The notes under the pieces were generated by a model. The model was not told the origin of the DNA. It searched no databases and saw only the letters and a list, made by a program, of their open reading frames with translations. The position numbers and the translations under genes are program-made. A stretch of 64,000 nt of DNA from Candidatus Minusculum obligatum (GTDB lineage Bacteria; Patescibacteriota; Minisyncoccia; Phycocordibacterales; Phycocordibacteraceae): positions 513,490 through 577,489 of the forward strand of contig CP174360.1 of assembly GCA_045401155.1 (NCBI GenBank), given 5' to 3'. Positions 19,359-28,518 of the stretch are shown piece after piece; the first letter of the stretch is position 1, and the number at the start of each line of letters is the position of its first letter.

Positions 19359-19948
19359 CGCCAAGAGTTCACTTCATTCTGTGCTTTCACATGACCCTCG
19401 GCGAGGATAAGCTCTACCGCTTCCCTCGCCTTTTTCTTTGCCTTGGTCCAAACAGCCGAATCTTTCCCAAAGTCACTCATCAGATACTTGATGACCCCCT
19501 CCTCCCCTTTTGGTTTTTTTACCTTCCCTTTTGGAGTTGCAGAAGAGATACCAACACGAAGTCGAATAAAATCTTTTGTCTTAATACCACGTGCGATAGA
19601 TTCAACACCCTTGTGCCCCCCTGAGCCTCCACCAAATGAGATTTTTATCTTCCCAAGCGGCATATCAAGGTCGTCATAGATCACAATCATTTTCTTTGCG
19701 GCATTCACGCTCTTCACCACCTTTGAAACTGCAGACCCGGACTTATTCATGAAGGTGTTTGGATTTAGGAGTGTTACTTTTTCTCCTGCGATCACTCCTG
19801 TTCCTTTTTCAGAATTACTTGCCTTGTGTTCTTTTAGCTTAATGTCATTTTCATCTGCCAAAAGAGACACCATCATGCGTCCTACATTGTGTTTTGTTTT
19901 CTCATACTCCCCTCCTGGGTTTCCAAGTCCTACGATTGTGTATGCCAT
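19355..19948 (-). CDS. pth: Peptidyl-tRNA hydrolase
   Basis: MAYTIVGLGNPG...KHNVG, FGGGSGGHKGV motifs. Confidence 0.9.
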   Translation of the reverse strand: MAYTIVGLGNPGGEYEKTKHNVGRMMVSLLADENDIKLKEHKASNSEKGTGVIAGEKVTLLNPNTFMNKSGSAVSKVVKSVNAAKKMIVIYDDLDMPLGKIKISFGGGSGGHKGVESIARGIKTKDFIRLRVGISSATPKGKVKKPKGEEGVIKYLMSDFGKDSAVWTKAKKKAREAVELILAEGHVKAQNEVNSWR

Positions 19949-20011
19949 ATCTCCTCGATTGTATCAAAAATTTGCATCAAGCACTTTAAGTAAGTACAAT
20001 AGTGCCCACGT

Positions 20012-20551
20012 ATGGCCTTTATTAAGTTTGTTCTACGAGAGATTGTCGTATTCCTACTGTTGGCCGTTCTCATTGTGGTTCCATTTAGGCTGTTCATCGC
20101 GCAGCCTTTTATTGTGCAAGGCGCATCTATGGAGCCAACCTACGTAAATGGTGAGTACCTTGTGATTGATCAACTTACCTATCATTTTAATGAACCTAAG
20201 CGTGGAGATGTAATCACCTTCCGCTATCCAAATGACCCTTCTGTCTTCTTTATTAAGAGAATCATCGGTCTCCCTGGGGAAACAGTAGTCGTAGATGATG
20301 AAACAGTAACAATTACTGACCCAGGTGTAGGCACCTTTGAGCTTGTGGAGCCGTATGCAAAGTTTGATGGCCCACTTTTTGGTCGCCAGAGCGTAACGCT
20401 TGGGGAGGATGAGTACTTTGTACTAGGAGATAACCGACCACGGAGCTCAGACTCTAGAGTCTGGGGCGCGCTTCCCAAAGAAAATATCTTAGGGCGCGCG
20501 TACCTTCGATTATTACCACTTTCACACATAGATTACCTACCAGGAAAATAG
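20012..20551 (+). CDS. lepB: Signal peptidase I (S26)
   Basis: GASMEPT catalytic Ser box, KRGDVI, IKRIIGLPGE, GDNR motifs. Confidence 0.88.
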   Translation: MAFIKFVLREIVVFLLLAVLIVVPFRLFIAQPFIVQGASMEPTYVNGEYLVIDQLTYHFNEPKRGDVITFRYPNDPSVFFIKRIIGLPGETVVVDDETVTITDPGVGTFELVEPYAKFDGPLFGRQSVTLGEDEYFVLGDNRPRSSDSRVWGALPKENILGRAYLRLLPLSHIDYLPGK

Positions 20552-20552
20552 T

Positions 20553-21716
20553 ATGGGACAAAACGACATTTTAATCACAATTGATCCAGATACGCTTCTA
20601 AAGCGCACACATGCGATCGCCTCATACTACGGCTTTGAGTACGTGCCTCAATTCTTAGATGCGCGAAAGGACAGAAAAGTGAAAGCAACGTACCCGGATG
20701 GCATTGATCCAAAGGTAATGGATCCGGTGAGCTCTACCTTTGCCCAATTCTTACGACAGATGAAAGAGTACGATGTAAATCCAGCAGGGCGCGCCCGCTT
20801 CCTGTGGCACTCAAACATCACTCCTGGGCGGAAAGCACCAAAGCAAATTTCAGTACACTTCCATATTCTTGGAGTTGAAAAAGCAATTGCAGACGCACTT
20901 ATGGTGCGCACAATGAAAGCACTCGTGGAAGACCTTACGAAAGAGTCTCCCAAAGTGCGTGTGAACTCTATGGGAGATGCAGATACTCTTACTCGTTACT
21001 CACGAGAACTCGGGAACTTCTTTAAGCGAAATATGTCTGAGCTATCTCCACAGTGCCAAACACATTTACGAAACGATCCACTTGAGGCATTAGATCACCT
21101 GCTTCGCTATGAAGATGGATTGGGGTATAGAGCACCTTCTCCGCTTGATTATCTTTCTGAAGGATCTCGTGGACAGCTTAAAGAGCTTCTTGAGTACCTT
21201 GAATCTACAAAGACAGAGTACGAACTAGCGCCACACCTCTTTGATCGAAAAGGAAACCTTTCAGAGACAAACTTCGAGCTTGTTACAAGCGAGGGACCAA
21301 TCGTACGCGGAGGACGATACAACACACTAATCAGCAAGTTCTATAAAGAAGGAGGGCATGCGATTGGAAGCGTGCTGCGCGCAAACGCTAAAGAAGAAGT
21401 CTCTTGCAAAAGAATTCCAAAAAAACGTGCCGCAGCACCTATTGTATTTGTGCAAGTTGGCCCTGAAGCAAAGCGTCTATCGCTCTCTCTTCTTGAGGAT
21501 CTGCGCGCAGCAAATGTAAAGATGGCACAGACTGTAGGTATTGAATCTCTTATGGATCAAATGGCTGTAGCAGACAGCATTGATTCTCCATACCTTATGA
21601 TCATGGGTCACAAAGAAGCTCTTGAAAATAGCGTGATCATTCGAGACCGTCGCACCAACTCACAAACCGTAATCCCTATTGCATCCCTTGTAGATGAGCT
21701 TGGAAGACTTGCGTAG
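20553..21716 (+). CDS. Histidyl-tRNA synthetase-like class II aaRS paralog (HisS/HisZ family) with anticodon-binding domain
   Basis: HisRS-like blocks YYGFEYV, HFHILGVE (cf. REFHQLGVE), RGGRYNTLISKF...GGHAIGSVL (cf. GGRYDGL...PAVGFA), and a C-terminal class II anticodon-binding domain (PIVFVQVG...IIRDRRTNSQ). The motif 2 arginine positions appear substituted. Confidence 0.55.
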   Translation: MGQNDILITIDPDTLLKRTHAIASYYGFEYVPQFLDARKDRKVKATYPDGIDPKVMDPVSSTFAQFLRQMKEYDVNPAGRARFLWHSNITPGRKAPKQISVHFHILGVEKAIADALMVRTMKALVEDLTKESPKVRVNSMGDADTLTRYSRELGNFFKRNMSELSPQCQTHLRNDPLEALDHLLRYEDGLGYRAPSPLDYLSEGSRGQLKELLEYLESTKTEYELAPHLFDRKGNLSETNFELVTSEGPIVRGGRYNTLISKFYKEGGHAIGSVLRANAKEEVSCKRIPKKRAAAPIVFVQVGPEAKRLSLSLLEDLRAANVKMAQTVGIESLMDQMAVADSIDSPYLMIMGHKEALENSVIIRDRRTNSQTVIPIASLVDELGRLA

Positions 21717-21759
21717 TTCAGAGACCTTGTGTACGTTACATATAGATTAGGAGGCGCAC

Positions 21760-22080
21760 ATGAGCGTTTTTATAGGAATGCTGCAAGGGCTATATCATCG
21801 CCCCGCAGACAACCTCGCAGAAGCAATTCTTTTGCGATTTGGCGCAGTAACCGGACTCGTGGCTACGTGTACGGTTATCTTCATTCTTTCTTTCGGAGGA
21901 TATGGGCTCTTTACTGTCTTAAATGAGACTATTACAACCATGACAGAGAGCACCCTTGAACTTGTTCTTGCCGTGATCTTTTACGCAGGAATGACTGTGT
22001 TTCCCTTATACGTCTTGGGATTAACGGCCCTCAAGCTCTGGAAAGACTTCTTCGACGAAGACGACTTCTCCAAAGAGTGA
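21760..22080 (+). CDS. Hypothetical small membrane protein (3 TM)
   Basis: ATG with AGGAGG SD; hydrophobic; followed by a GC hairpin terminator; mildly GC-elevated. Confidence 0.4.
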   Translation: MSVFIGMLQGLYHRPADNLAEAILLRFGAVTGLVATCTVIFILSFGGYGLFTVLNETITTMTESTLELVLAVIFYAGMTVFPLYVLGLTALKLWKDFFDEDDFSKE

Positions 22081-22085
22081 TTTCT

Positions 22086-22120
22086 CGCCCCGCTATCAAA
22101 TGCGGGGCTTCACTTTTTTA
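22086..22120 (+). terminator. Rho-independent terminator
   Basis: ccccgc-tatcaaat-gcgggg + TTCACTTTTTT. Confidence 0.65.
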
Positions 22121-22146
22121 CCCCCCTATGGTACATTCTTCCCACT

Positions 22147-22404
22147 ATGAATAACGCAACACGCGTAGAAGTTTCAAAGAAAGGAAGCGAGAACACCTCG
22201 TCTCTTATTCGGCGTTTCTCTCGAAAAGCTATGGGAGCTGCAATTGTGCGCACCATGCGAAATCGTCGATTCTTTGACCGCCCACTTTCAAAGAACGTAC
22301 AGCGAAAGAAGAAGCTGCACTCACTTGATAAGCGAGCGAACTATGAGCAAATGGTAAAACTTGGTAAAATTGATCCTGCCGCCCGACGTGGTCGCCGCCG
22401 CTAA
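22147..22404 (+). CDS. rpsU: 30S ribosomal protein S21
   Basis: VEVSKKGSENTSSLIRRFSRK...RRFFDRPLSK; basic C-terminal tail. Confidence 0.75.
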   Translation: MNNATRVEVSKKGSENTSSLIRRFSRKAMGAAIVRTMRNRRFFDRPLSKNVQRKKKLHSLDKRANYEQMVKLGKIDPAARRGRRR

Positions 22405-22784
22405 TGGATACAACTTTTACAGTAGGTGGAACGTCGCGGAGTAACCCTCCGCGATTTCCATATGCAAAGATAAAGGATGACATTCTTGGGAAAAATTTTT
22501 CTGTCTCGTTAGCATTTGTTGGCGACACGCTCTCTACACGACTAAATAAAGAACGAAGAAACAAAGACTATACCCCAAACGTACTCACCTTCCCCCTTAC
22601 AGAAAATTCTGGAGAAATTTACATAAATCTTGCTGAAGCAAAACGTCAAGCAAAAAAATACGGCATTACATATAAAAAGTGGGTGCTGCAGCTGTTTATC
22701 CACGGCCTACTACACTTGGAGGGAATGCCACACGGGGATACAATGGAAAACAAGGAGCAGCAGCTTGTAAAGAAATACGCATAG
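22404..22784 (+). CDS. ybeY: rRNA maturation endoribonuclease YbeY
   Basis: HGLLHLEGMPHGD zinc-binding H..H..H motif; stop/start overlap with rpsU. Confidence 0.8.
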   Translation: MDTTFTVGGTSRSNPPRFPYAKIKDDILGKNFSVSLAFVGDTLSTRLNKERRNKDYTPNVLTFPLTENSGEIYINLAEAKRQAKKYGITYKKWVLQLFIHGLLHLEGMPHGDTMENKEQQLVKKYA

Positions 22785-22804
22785 ACTGCTGCTGGCATTT
22801 GAAA

Positions 22805-23977
22805 ATGGCACGCCGTATTGCAACAGGTATAGATATTGGTACCCACCAAGTGAAGGTGGTTATTGCTGAGGTCGTGCAAAACAAAGGAGGATCTACCTAC
22901 CCTAAAATCCTTGGAACTGGAATCTCTGAGAGCAAAGGACTTCGCCATGGATATATCGTAAATAGCACTGACGTTTCTAAGAGCGTTATGGAGGCGCACG
23001 AGCAAGCGCAGACCGCGGCTGGTGTGCATACAAAAAAAGCATTTCTTTCAATTGGAGGTATTGGTATTGATGAGATAAAGACAAGCGGAGAAACCATCAT
23101 CCAGCGCGCTGACTCTGAGGTAACCGATTTAGATGTAGAAAAGGCCGTAGAGGCTGCACGAATGCTCGCAGAGCCAAATCTAACCAACAGAAGAATTCTG
23201 CACCAAGTCCCTCTCACCTATTCTCTAGATGGACACAAGATCCACGGGAACCGCCCACAAGGAATGACGGGGACAAAACTTGAGGTTGAGGTGCTTTTCA
23301 TAACAACCCTAAAACAACATCATGATGACCTTGTATCTGCAGTAGAAGAAACTGGTATTGAAGTATTAGACGAGATGGCCTCACCGCTTGCAGGAAGCTT
23401 TGTAACCCTTTCAAAAGAACAAAAGATGAAAGGATGTGTCCTTGCAAACATTGGAGCTGAAACAGTGTCTATTGTTATCTACGACCACAACATTCCTGTA
23501 TCGGTAAAAGTATTTGATATTGGAAGCGCAAACATTACAGATGATCTTGCGCTCGCACTACGTATTCCTCCAGAGGATGCTGAGAAGCTAAAGCTAAATA
23601 AACTTGCAGGAGAAGGATATCCTGAGAAGCGTGTGCAATCTATTATCCAACAACGACTAAAAGCAATCTTCGCGCTTATCGATACACACCTAAAAGAGAT
23701 TGGTAAAAACCAGATGCTCCCTGCAGGAATTATTCTTGCTGGAGGAGGTGCAGGTATTGGAGAGATTCGTGACATTGCACGAAGCTGTCTAAAACTTCCC
23801 TCTCGAACTGCACAATTACATGTGCCAGAAAAAACTCAAATTAAGGATTCTTCATGGGCAGTGGCATATGGACTAACCATCTGGGGCCTTACAAGCGAGC
23901 AAGAGACACCCACAGGTACCATGGTACGCGGCATGGGAAATTCATTCACAAAATTCTTTAAGCAGTTCCTTCCATAG
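22805..23977 (+). CDS. ftsA: Cell division protein FtsA
   Basis: MARRIATGIDIGTHQVKVV actin-fold N-terminus; immediately upstream of ftsZ. Confidence 0.88.
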   Translation: MARRIATGIDIGTHQVKVVIAEVVQNKGGSTYPKILGTGISESKGLRHGYIVNSTDVSKSVMEAHEQAQTAAGVHTKKAFLSIGGIGIDEIKTSGETIIQRADSEVTDLDVEKAVEAARMLAEPNLTNRRILHQVPLTYSLDGHKIHGNRPQGMTGTKLEVEVLFITTLKQHHDDLVSAVEETGIEVLDEMASPLAGSFVTLSKEQKMKGCVLANIGAETVSIVIYDHNIPVSVKVFDIGSANITDDLALALRIPPEDAEKLKLNKLAGEGYPEKRVQSIIQQRLKAIFALIDTHLKEIGKNQMLPAGIILAGGGAGIGEIRDIARSCLKLPSRTAQLHVPEKTQIKDSSWAVAYGLTIWGLTSEQETPTGTMVRGMGNSFTKFFKQFLP

Positions 23978-24063
23978 GACACACATACGCCTTTAATGTC
24001 AACGCTTTGCAAGCGTTGTTTTGTTTCTGTATGATAGGTACCACTAGTTAACGCGCGTAAGAT

Positions 24064-25263
24064 ATGGCAAGAAAAGTACAGCCCGACGTAGAATCATTCG
24101 CTCGAATCCGAGTGGTTGGAGTTGGAGGATCAGGAAATAATGCGGTTAATCACATGATTAACTCAAAAGTTAAAGGGGTCGAGTTTATTGCAATTAATAC
24201 CGATGCCCAAGACCTTCATCGCTCACTTGCGAAGAAGAAGATTCATATTGGAAAGAACGTGACTCGTGGTCTTGGAGCTGGAGGACACCCCGAGACAGGT
24301 CAGAGGGCAGCTGAGGAAACTCGTGAGGAAATTCAGGAGGCTCTAAAGGGATCAGACATGGTATTTGTTACCTGTGGAATGGGAGGTGGAACCGGAACAG
24401 GAGCCGCACCTGTAATCGCACGCATTGCCCAAGAGGTAGGGGCACTTACTGTTGCTGTGGTTACAAAACCATTTGCCTTTGAGGGACAGCAGCGAACTCG
24501 AACTGCAGAGCACGGGCTTGCAAACCTAAAAGATGCTGTAGACGCGTACATCGTTATTCCAAACGATAAACTTCTAACTATTGTTGATCAGAACACTACG
24601 AGCCGAAACGCATTTGCTATGTGTGACGATATTCTTCGACAGGCTGTTGAGGGTGTATCTGACATCATTACAACTCCAGGAGAGATCAATACTGACTTTA
24701 ACGACATTAAGTCTGTAATGGAGGCAGCAGGGCCTGCACTTATGGGTATTGGTATTGCAGATGGCGATACACGCGCAAAGGATGCTGCGGAGATTGCGAT
24801 CAATTCCCCACTTCTTGATGTGTCTATCTCAGGAGCCAAAGGAGTCCTTCTTGCCGTTTCAGGAAGCGACGACCTTGGAATTCTTGAAGTGCAAGATGCT
24901 GCAAAGGTAGTTACTGAAGCAGTAGACTCTGATGCGAAGATCATCTTCGGTATCATGAAGGATGAGAAACTTAAGAAGGGCCACATCCGCGTGATCGTAA
25001 TTGCTACAGGATTCCCTGAGAAAGGAGCATCTGTGACTCCAGAGCGAAGCACATCATCTTCTCTATTCTCTCTTCCACGAAAGGAACAGGAGGATGAGCG
25101 AGACCGTATCTACAACACGGTAATTCCAAAGACAAAAGAGGAACCAGAAGAAGAGGTTGAGGAGAAAACTCCTGAACCAGCGATGAAGGAAGAGGAAGAA
25201 GAGGAGGAGCCAAAGGAAAACCTGGGAGGCGCAATCCCCTCATTCCTTCGACGCCACAAATAA
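24064..25263 (+). CDS. ftsZ: Cell division protein FtsZ
   Basis: [24 protein letters not shown] tubulin signature, acidic C-terminal tail. Confidence 0.95.
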   Translation: MARKVQPDVESFARIRVVGVGGSGNNAVNHMINSKVKGVEFIAINTDAQDLHRSLAKKKIHIGKNVTRGLGAGGHPETGQRAAEETREEIQEALKGSDMVFVTCGMGGGTGTGAAPVIARIAQEVGALTVAVVTKPFAFEGQQRTRTAEHGLANLKDAVDAYIVIPNDKLLTIVDQNTTSRNAFAMCDDILRQAVEGVSDIITTPGEINTDFNDIKSVMEAAGPALMGIGIADGDTRAKDAAEIAINSPLLDVSISGAKGVLLAVSGSDDLGILEVQDAAKVVTEAVDSDAKIIFGIMKDEKLKKGHIRVIVIATGFPEKGASVTPERSTSSSLFSLPRKEQEDERDRIYNTVIPKTKEEPEEEVEEKTPEPAMKEEEEEEEPKENLGGAIPSFLRRHK

Positions 25264-25322
25264 GCAAAGATATTCTAACTAATGTATACTGGGTCCTATT
25301 AAGGGCTCAGTATTCATTTTGT

Positions 25323-26243
25323 ATGCAGTATGATCTTGTAATTATTGGAGGTGGACCAGCAGGAGTAGCAGCTGGAGTATATGCGGCACGTAAAAAACTA
25401 AAGACCGCACTTATTACAAAAGACTTTGAAGGACAGAGCGTTGTCTCAGAAGGCATTCAAAACTGGATTGGAGAAGTTTCTATTCCCGGACCTGAACTTG
25501 TAAAGAAGTTTAGAGAACATCTTGATGCATACAAAGATGATGTTGTTGAAATACATGAGGGACATTGGGCAGAAAAACTAGAAAAGAAAGGTGATCAGAA
25601 CTTCCTTCTAACTACAGACAAGGGAGAGTTCTCTTCTAAAGCGGTGATTATTTGCTCAGGTGCAACAAGGAGAAGACTTGAGGTTCCTGGCGCAGATATT
25701 TTTGAACACAAAGGAGTTACATACTGTGCTTCATGTGATGGACCACTCTTTAGCGGGATGGATGTAGTTGTTGTCGGTGGAGGGAACGCTGGATTTGAAA
25801 CAGCAGCCCAACTTCTTGCGTATGCAAAAAGTGTAACGCTTCTACACCGCGGAGAAACTTTCAAAGCAGATCCTATAACTGTGGAGCGTGTACTCTCACA
25901 CGAGAATATGACCGGAATCACAAATGCCAATATTAAAAAGGTAAATGGTGAGAAATTTGTAACTGGCATTACATACGAAGTAAACGGTGAGGAAAAAGAA
26001 CTTCCTACAGCTGGTGTATTTATTGAAATTGGAATGGTTCCTTCTACAGACTTTGCAGCAAACCTTGTAGAGCTTGATGACTACAAACGAATTAAAGTGG
26101 ATGGAAAATCTCAGCAGACAACCACTCCCGGTGTCTGGGCTGCAGGAGATTGTACAAATGAGCTGTATCACCAAAACAATATTGCTGCAGGAGATGCAGT
26201 AAAAGCTCTAGAGGATGCATACGTGCACCTTAAGGCAAAGTGA
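25323..26243 (+). CDS. trxB: Thioredoxin-disulfide reductase-like FAD/NAD(P) oxidoreductase
   Basis: DLVIIGGGPAG, CASCDG redox-active disulfide, GGGNAG NAD(P) site. Confidence 0.8.
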   Translation: MQYDLVIIGGGPAGVAAGVYAARKKLKTALITKDFEGQSVVSEGIQNWIGEVSIPGPELVKKFREHLDAYKDDVVEIHEGHWAEKLEKKGDQNFLLTTDKGEFSSKAVIICSGATRRRLEVPGADIFEHKGVTYCASCDGPLFSGMDVVVVGGGNAGFETAAQLLAYAKSVTLLHRGETFKADPITVERVLSHENMTGITNANIKKVNGEKFVTGITYEVNGEEKELPTAGVFIEIGMVPSTDFAANLVELDDYKRIKVDGKSQQTTTPGVWAAGDCTNELYHQNNIAAGDAVKALEDAYVHLKAK

Positions 26244-26665
26244 TGCAGAATATCCGTACAGCCCCTCAGCTACTCGTACGAATCTTTATTCGTCCTCTAT
26301 TTCCCTTCTTTCAATGGCTTGTGCTTAGTCTTGGAATTGTAAAAGCACCAAAAGAACGACAACAGTTTCTATTAGGATCTCTTAAAAAAGAATTATCTAT
26401 CTCTGACGCAAAACAACATCTTCATACGCAAGGGTTCTTTTTAAATCGTATTGCATTTAATGACCCTGGACAAACCTTAAGTATGCGAAAGCTTTCTTTA
26501 GAGAATCCCCGGTGGCAATACCACGTACGTATTTTTGAAGATGGAGAAGTTCGTGGACACTTTGAAAGAACTCCAGAAGACTATCCTTTACGGCACCTAA
26601 AAGCCGATGGGCAAATTAAAAAAGAAGAAGACTTTGCCTTCTTCTTAAAAGAAATTTTGGAGTAA
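26240..26665 (+). CDS. Hypothetical protein
   Basis: ORF only; start uncertain; convergent with the AOX-like gene. Confidence 0.25.
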   Translation: MMQNIRTAPQLLVRIFIRPLFPFFQWLVLSLGIVKAPKERQQFLLGSLKKELSISDAKQHLHTQGFFLNRIAFNDPGQTLSMRKLSLENPRWQYHVRIFEDGEVRGHFERTPEDYPLRHLKADGQIKKEEDFAFFLKEILE

Positions 26666-27352
26666 TTACGAGCGCGGTACAGAAATACGCTCAATTGATT
26701 TATTTCTGTGAATTAACTCATCGTCTCGAATTGAGCAAAATAGCTCATATTCATTCAGACATTCACGTCCATAAAATTTTAAAAACTCGCTTTCTACTGT
26801 TTTCTTTTTCATTTCTTCCCCACACTGCTCAATAAACTCACTGTACTGCTGATACGCGTGTGACTCAAAAAGATAATTGAGTTCAAGTGCTGACTTTCTT
26901 TTCACCGTATAAAGAATAGAGCTTACGATGTAATAAAAGAAAGAAAACAGAAGCGGGATAAGGTAGTGTCGAAATGGCCCTCCAAGACCCTCTCTTTTTG
27001 CAATCTGGCTCATTACCACCACGTGCATCGTTTCATTATCTTGGGCGATTCTTCCAAAACGAGATGTATATGTAAGATTAATTGCTTTCTTCTCATCTCC
27101 ATACATGGCGGTTAAAAACATGTATGAGACCCACTCCCATGCCTGGTATGGAATACGTGCAATAACTTCTACTGCCTTAAATTTCTCGTATGAAGGCTTC
27201 TTTCCATATACAAAATTTCCAGCGCCAACAAGTATTGTTCCAAAAATCTTTGCGGTTAAACCAACCTTGTAGTCGTTACATTTATTCTCGTATTTTTTCT
27301 TAAATTCAGGGTCTTTCAGCTTCTCTAGGAGCTCTTCGTGTTTTGGATCCAT
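26666..27352 (-). CDS. Alternative oxidase (AOX/PTOX)-like di-iron carboxylate protein
   Basis: Four AOX-type iron-ligand motifs in order: VEVIARIP (cf. LETVAGVP), DNETMHV (cf. NERMHL), LFESHAYQQY (cf. LEEEAxHSY), IRDDELIHRN (cf. RADEAHHRD). Confidence 0.55.
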   Translation of the reverse strand: MDPKHEELLEKLKDPEFKKKYENKCNDYKVGLTAKIFGTILVGAGNFVYGKKPSYEKFKAVEVIARIPYQAWEWVSYMFLTAMYGDEKKAINLTYTSRFGRIAQDNETMHVVVMSQIAKREGLGGPFRHYLIPLLFSFFYYIVSSILYTVKRKSALELNYLFESHAYQQYSEFIEQCGEEMKKKTVESEFLKFYGRECLNEYELFCSIRDDELIHRNKSIERISVPRS

Positions 27353-27426
27353 ATACGCACAATTCTAGCAAAATTATATTCATACTGGCGTTTTACCCTC
27401 AGCATGCTACAATCGCCGCTACTTAC

Positions 27427-27498
27427 GGCCCTATCGTCTAACGGCTAGGACGCCACCCTTTCACGGTGGAAATCGGGGTTCGATTCCCCGTAGGGTCA
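27427..27498 (+). tRNA. tRNA-Glu (TTC)
   Basis: Acceptor ggcccta/tagggtc, anticodon stem ccacc/ggtgg with loop ctTTCac, T-arm cgggg-ttcgatt-ccccg. Confidence 0.85.
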
Positions 27499-28497
27499 CA
27501 CAAATTCAGGCTCATGCACGAGCTCTACATTTAAATTAAACCTGACCCTCTCAACAACATGTTGGTAGATATTTTTAATATCTTCTGAAGAAGCATTTCC
27601 TTTATTAATAAGCATGTTCGCCTGCACAGAAGAAACACATGCGTCATTTATACAAAATCCTTTGAGCCCCACATGTTCAATAAGTGCTCCTGCAGGAATT
27701 TTATAGCCACTCTCCATCTCAAAACACTTCTTCTGAACCTCCTCTGGAAGAAAACTAATATCCTTAACTTCTACGTTTTTAAAGAAAGATCCAACACTAA
27801 AAACCCTTTCTGGGTCAAGATCTTTTTCTTTTCTAATTGTAATAACTGTGTCTCGTATATTTTTCTGAGAAACTTCACCTACTCGATCCTGAAGTCCTCT
27901 GTATGTAAGTATCGGATGCTCTGTTTTAGAAAGGCGTAATTCGACGTGCGTAATAATATATCGACCCTTTTTCTTTGTATTAAAAATGCTTTTTCTATAT
28001 CCGAAGCTACACTCCTTATTATCGAGCACTCCATACACCCCATCTTTTGTATCAAATATATGTACACGTTCTATATATGAAGATGCCTCTACTCCATATG
28101 CACCGACATTCTGAACCGCAAGACCTGCAACAAGTCCTGGAATCCAAGAAAGATTTTCAAGACCCCACCAACCTTTATCTACCGTATGCTGTATAAAATT
28201 GTCTAACACCTCAGATCCACCAACCTTCACCAAGACACTTTCATCACTCTCCTCTAGCACAGAAGTACCTAAAAATTTTGGGGAAATGACAACCGCATCT
28301 ATTTCTCCATCAGGCAGCACGATATTGCTTCCACCACCTAAAACAAAAACTGGTAGATCTTTTTCTTTTGCAAAAGAAACTGCGCTCTCAAGATCATCCG
28401 TATCTATAAAATATCTCGCAGAACCACCAACCTTAAGGGTTGTTTTTTCTTTTAGCGAATAGCGCTCGTGTATCTCCATCATATTGAATAGTACCAA
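27496..28497 (-). CDS. murB: UDP-N-acetylenolpyruvoylglucosamine reductase
   Basis: FAD-binding PCMH domain (PVFVLGGGSNIV), MurB C-terminal domain. Confidence 0.85.
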   Translation of the reverse strand: MVLFNMMEIHERYSLKEKTTLKVGGSARYFIDTDDLESAVSFAKEKDLPVFVLGGGSNIVLPDGEIDAVVISPKFLGTSVLEESDESVLVKVGGSEVLDNFIQHTVDKGWWGLENLSWIPGLVAGLAVQNVGAYGVEASSYIERVHIFDTKDGVYGVLDNKECSFGYRKSIFNTKKKGRYIITHVELRLSKTEHPILTYRGLQDRVGEVSQKNIRDTVITIRKEKDLDPERVFSVGSFFKNVEVKDISFLPEEVQKKCFEMESGYKIPAGALIEHVGLKGFCINDACVSSVQANMLINKGNASSEDIKNIYQHVVERVRFNLNVELVHEPEFV

Positions 28498-28518
28498 TAA
28501 ATACGCTACGCTTCATGC

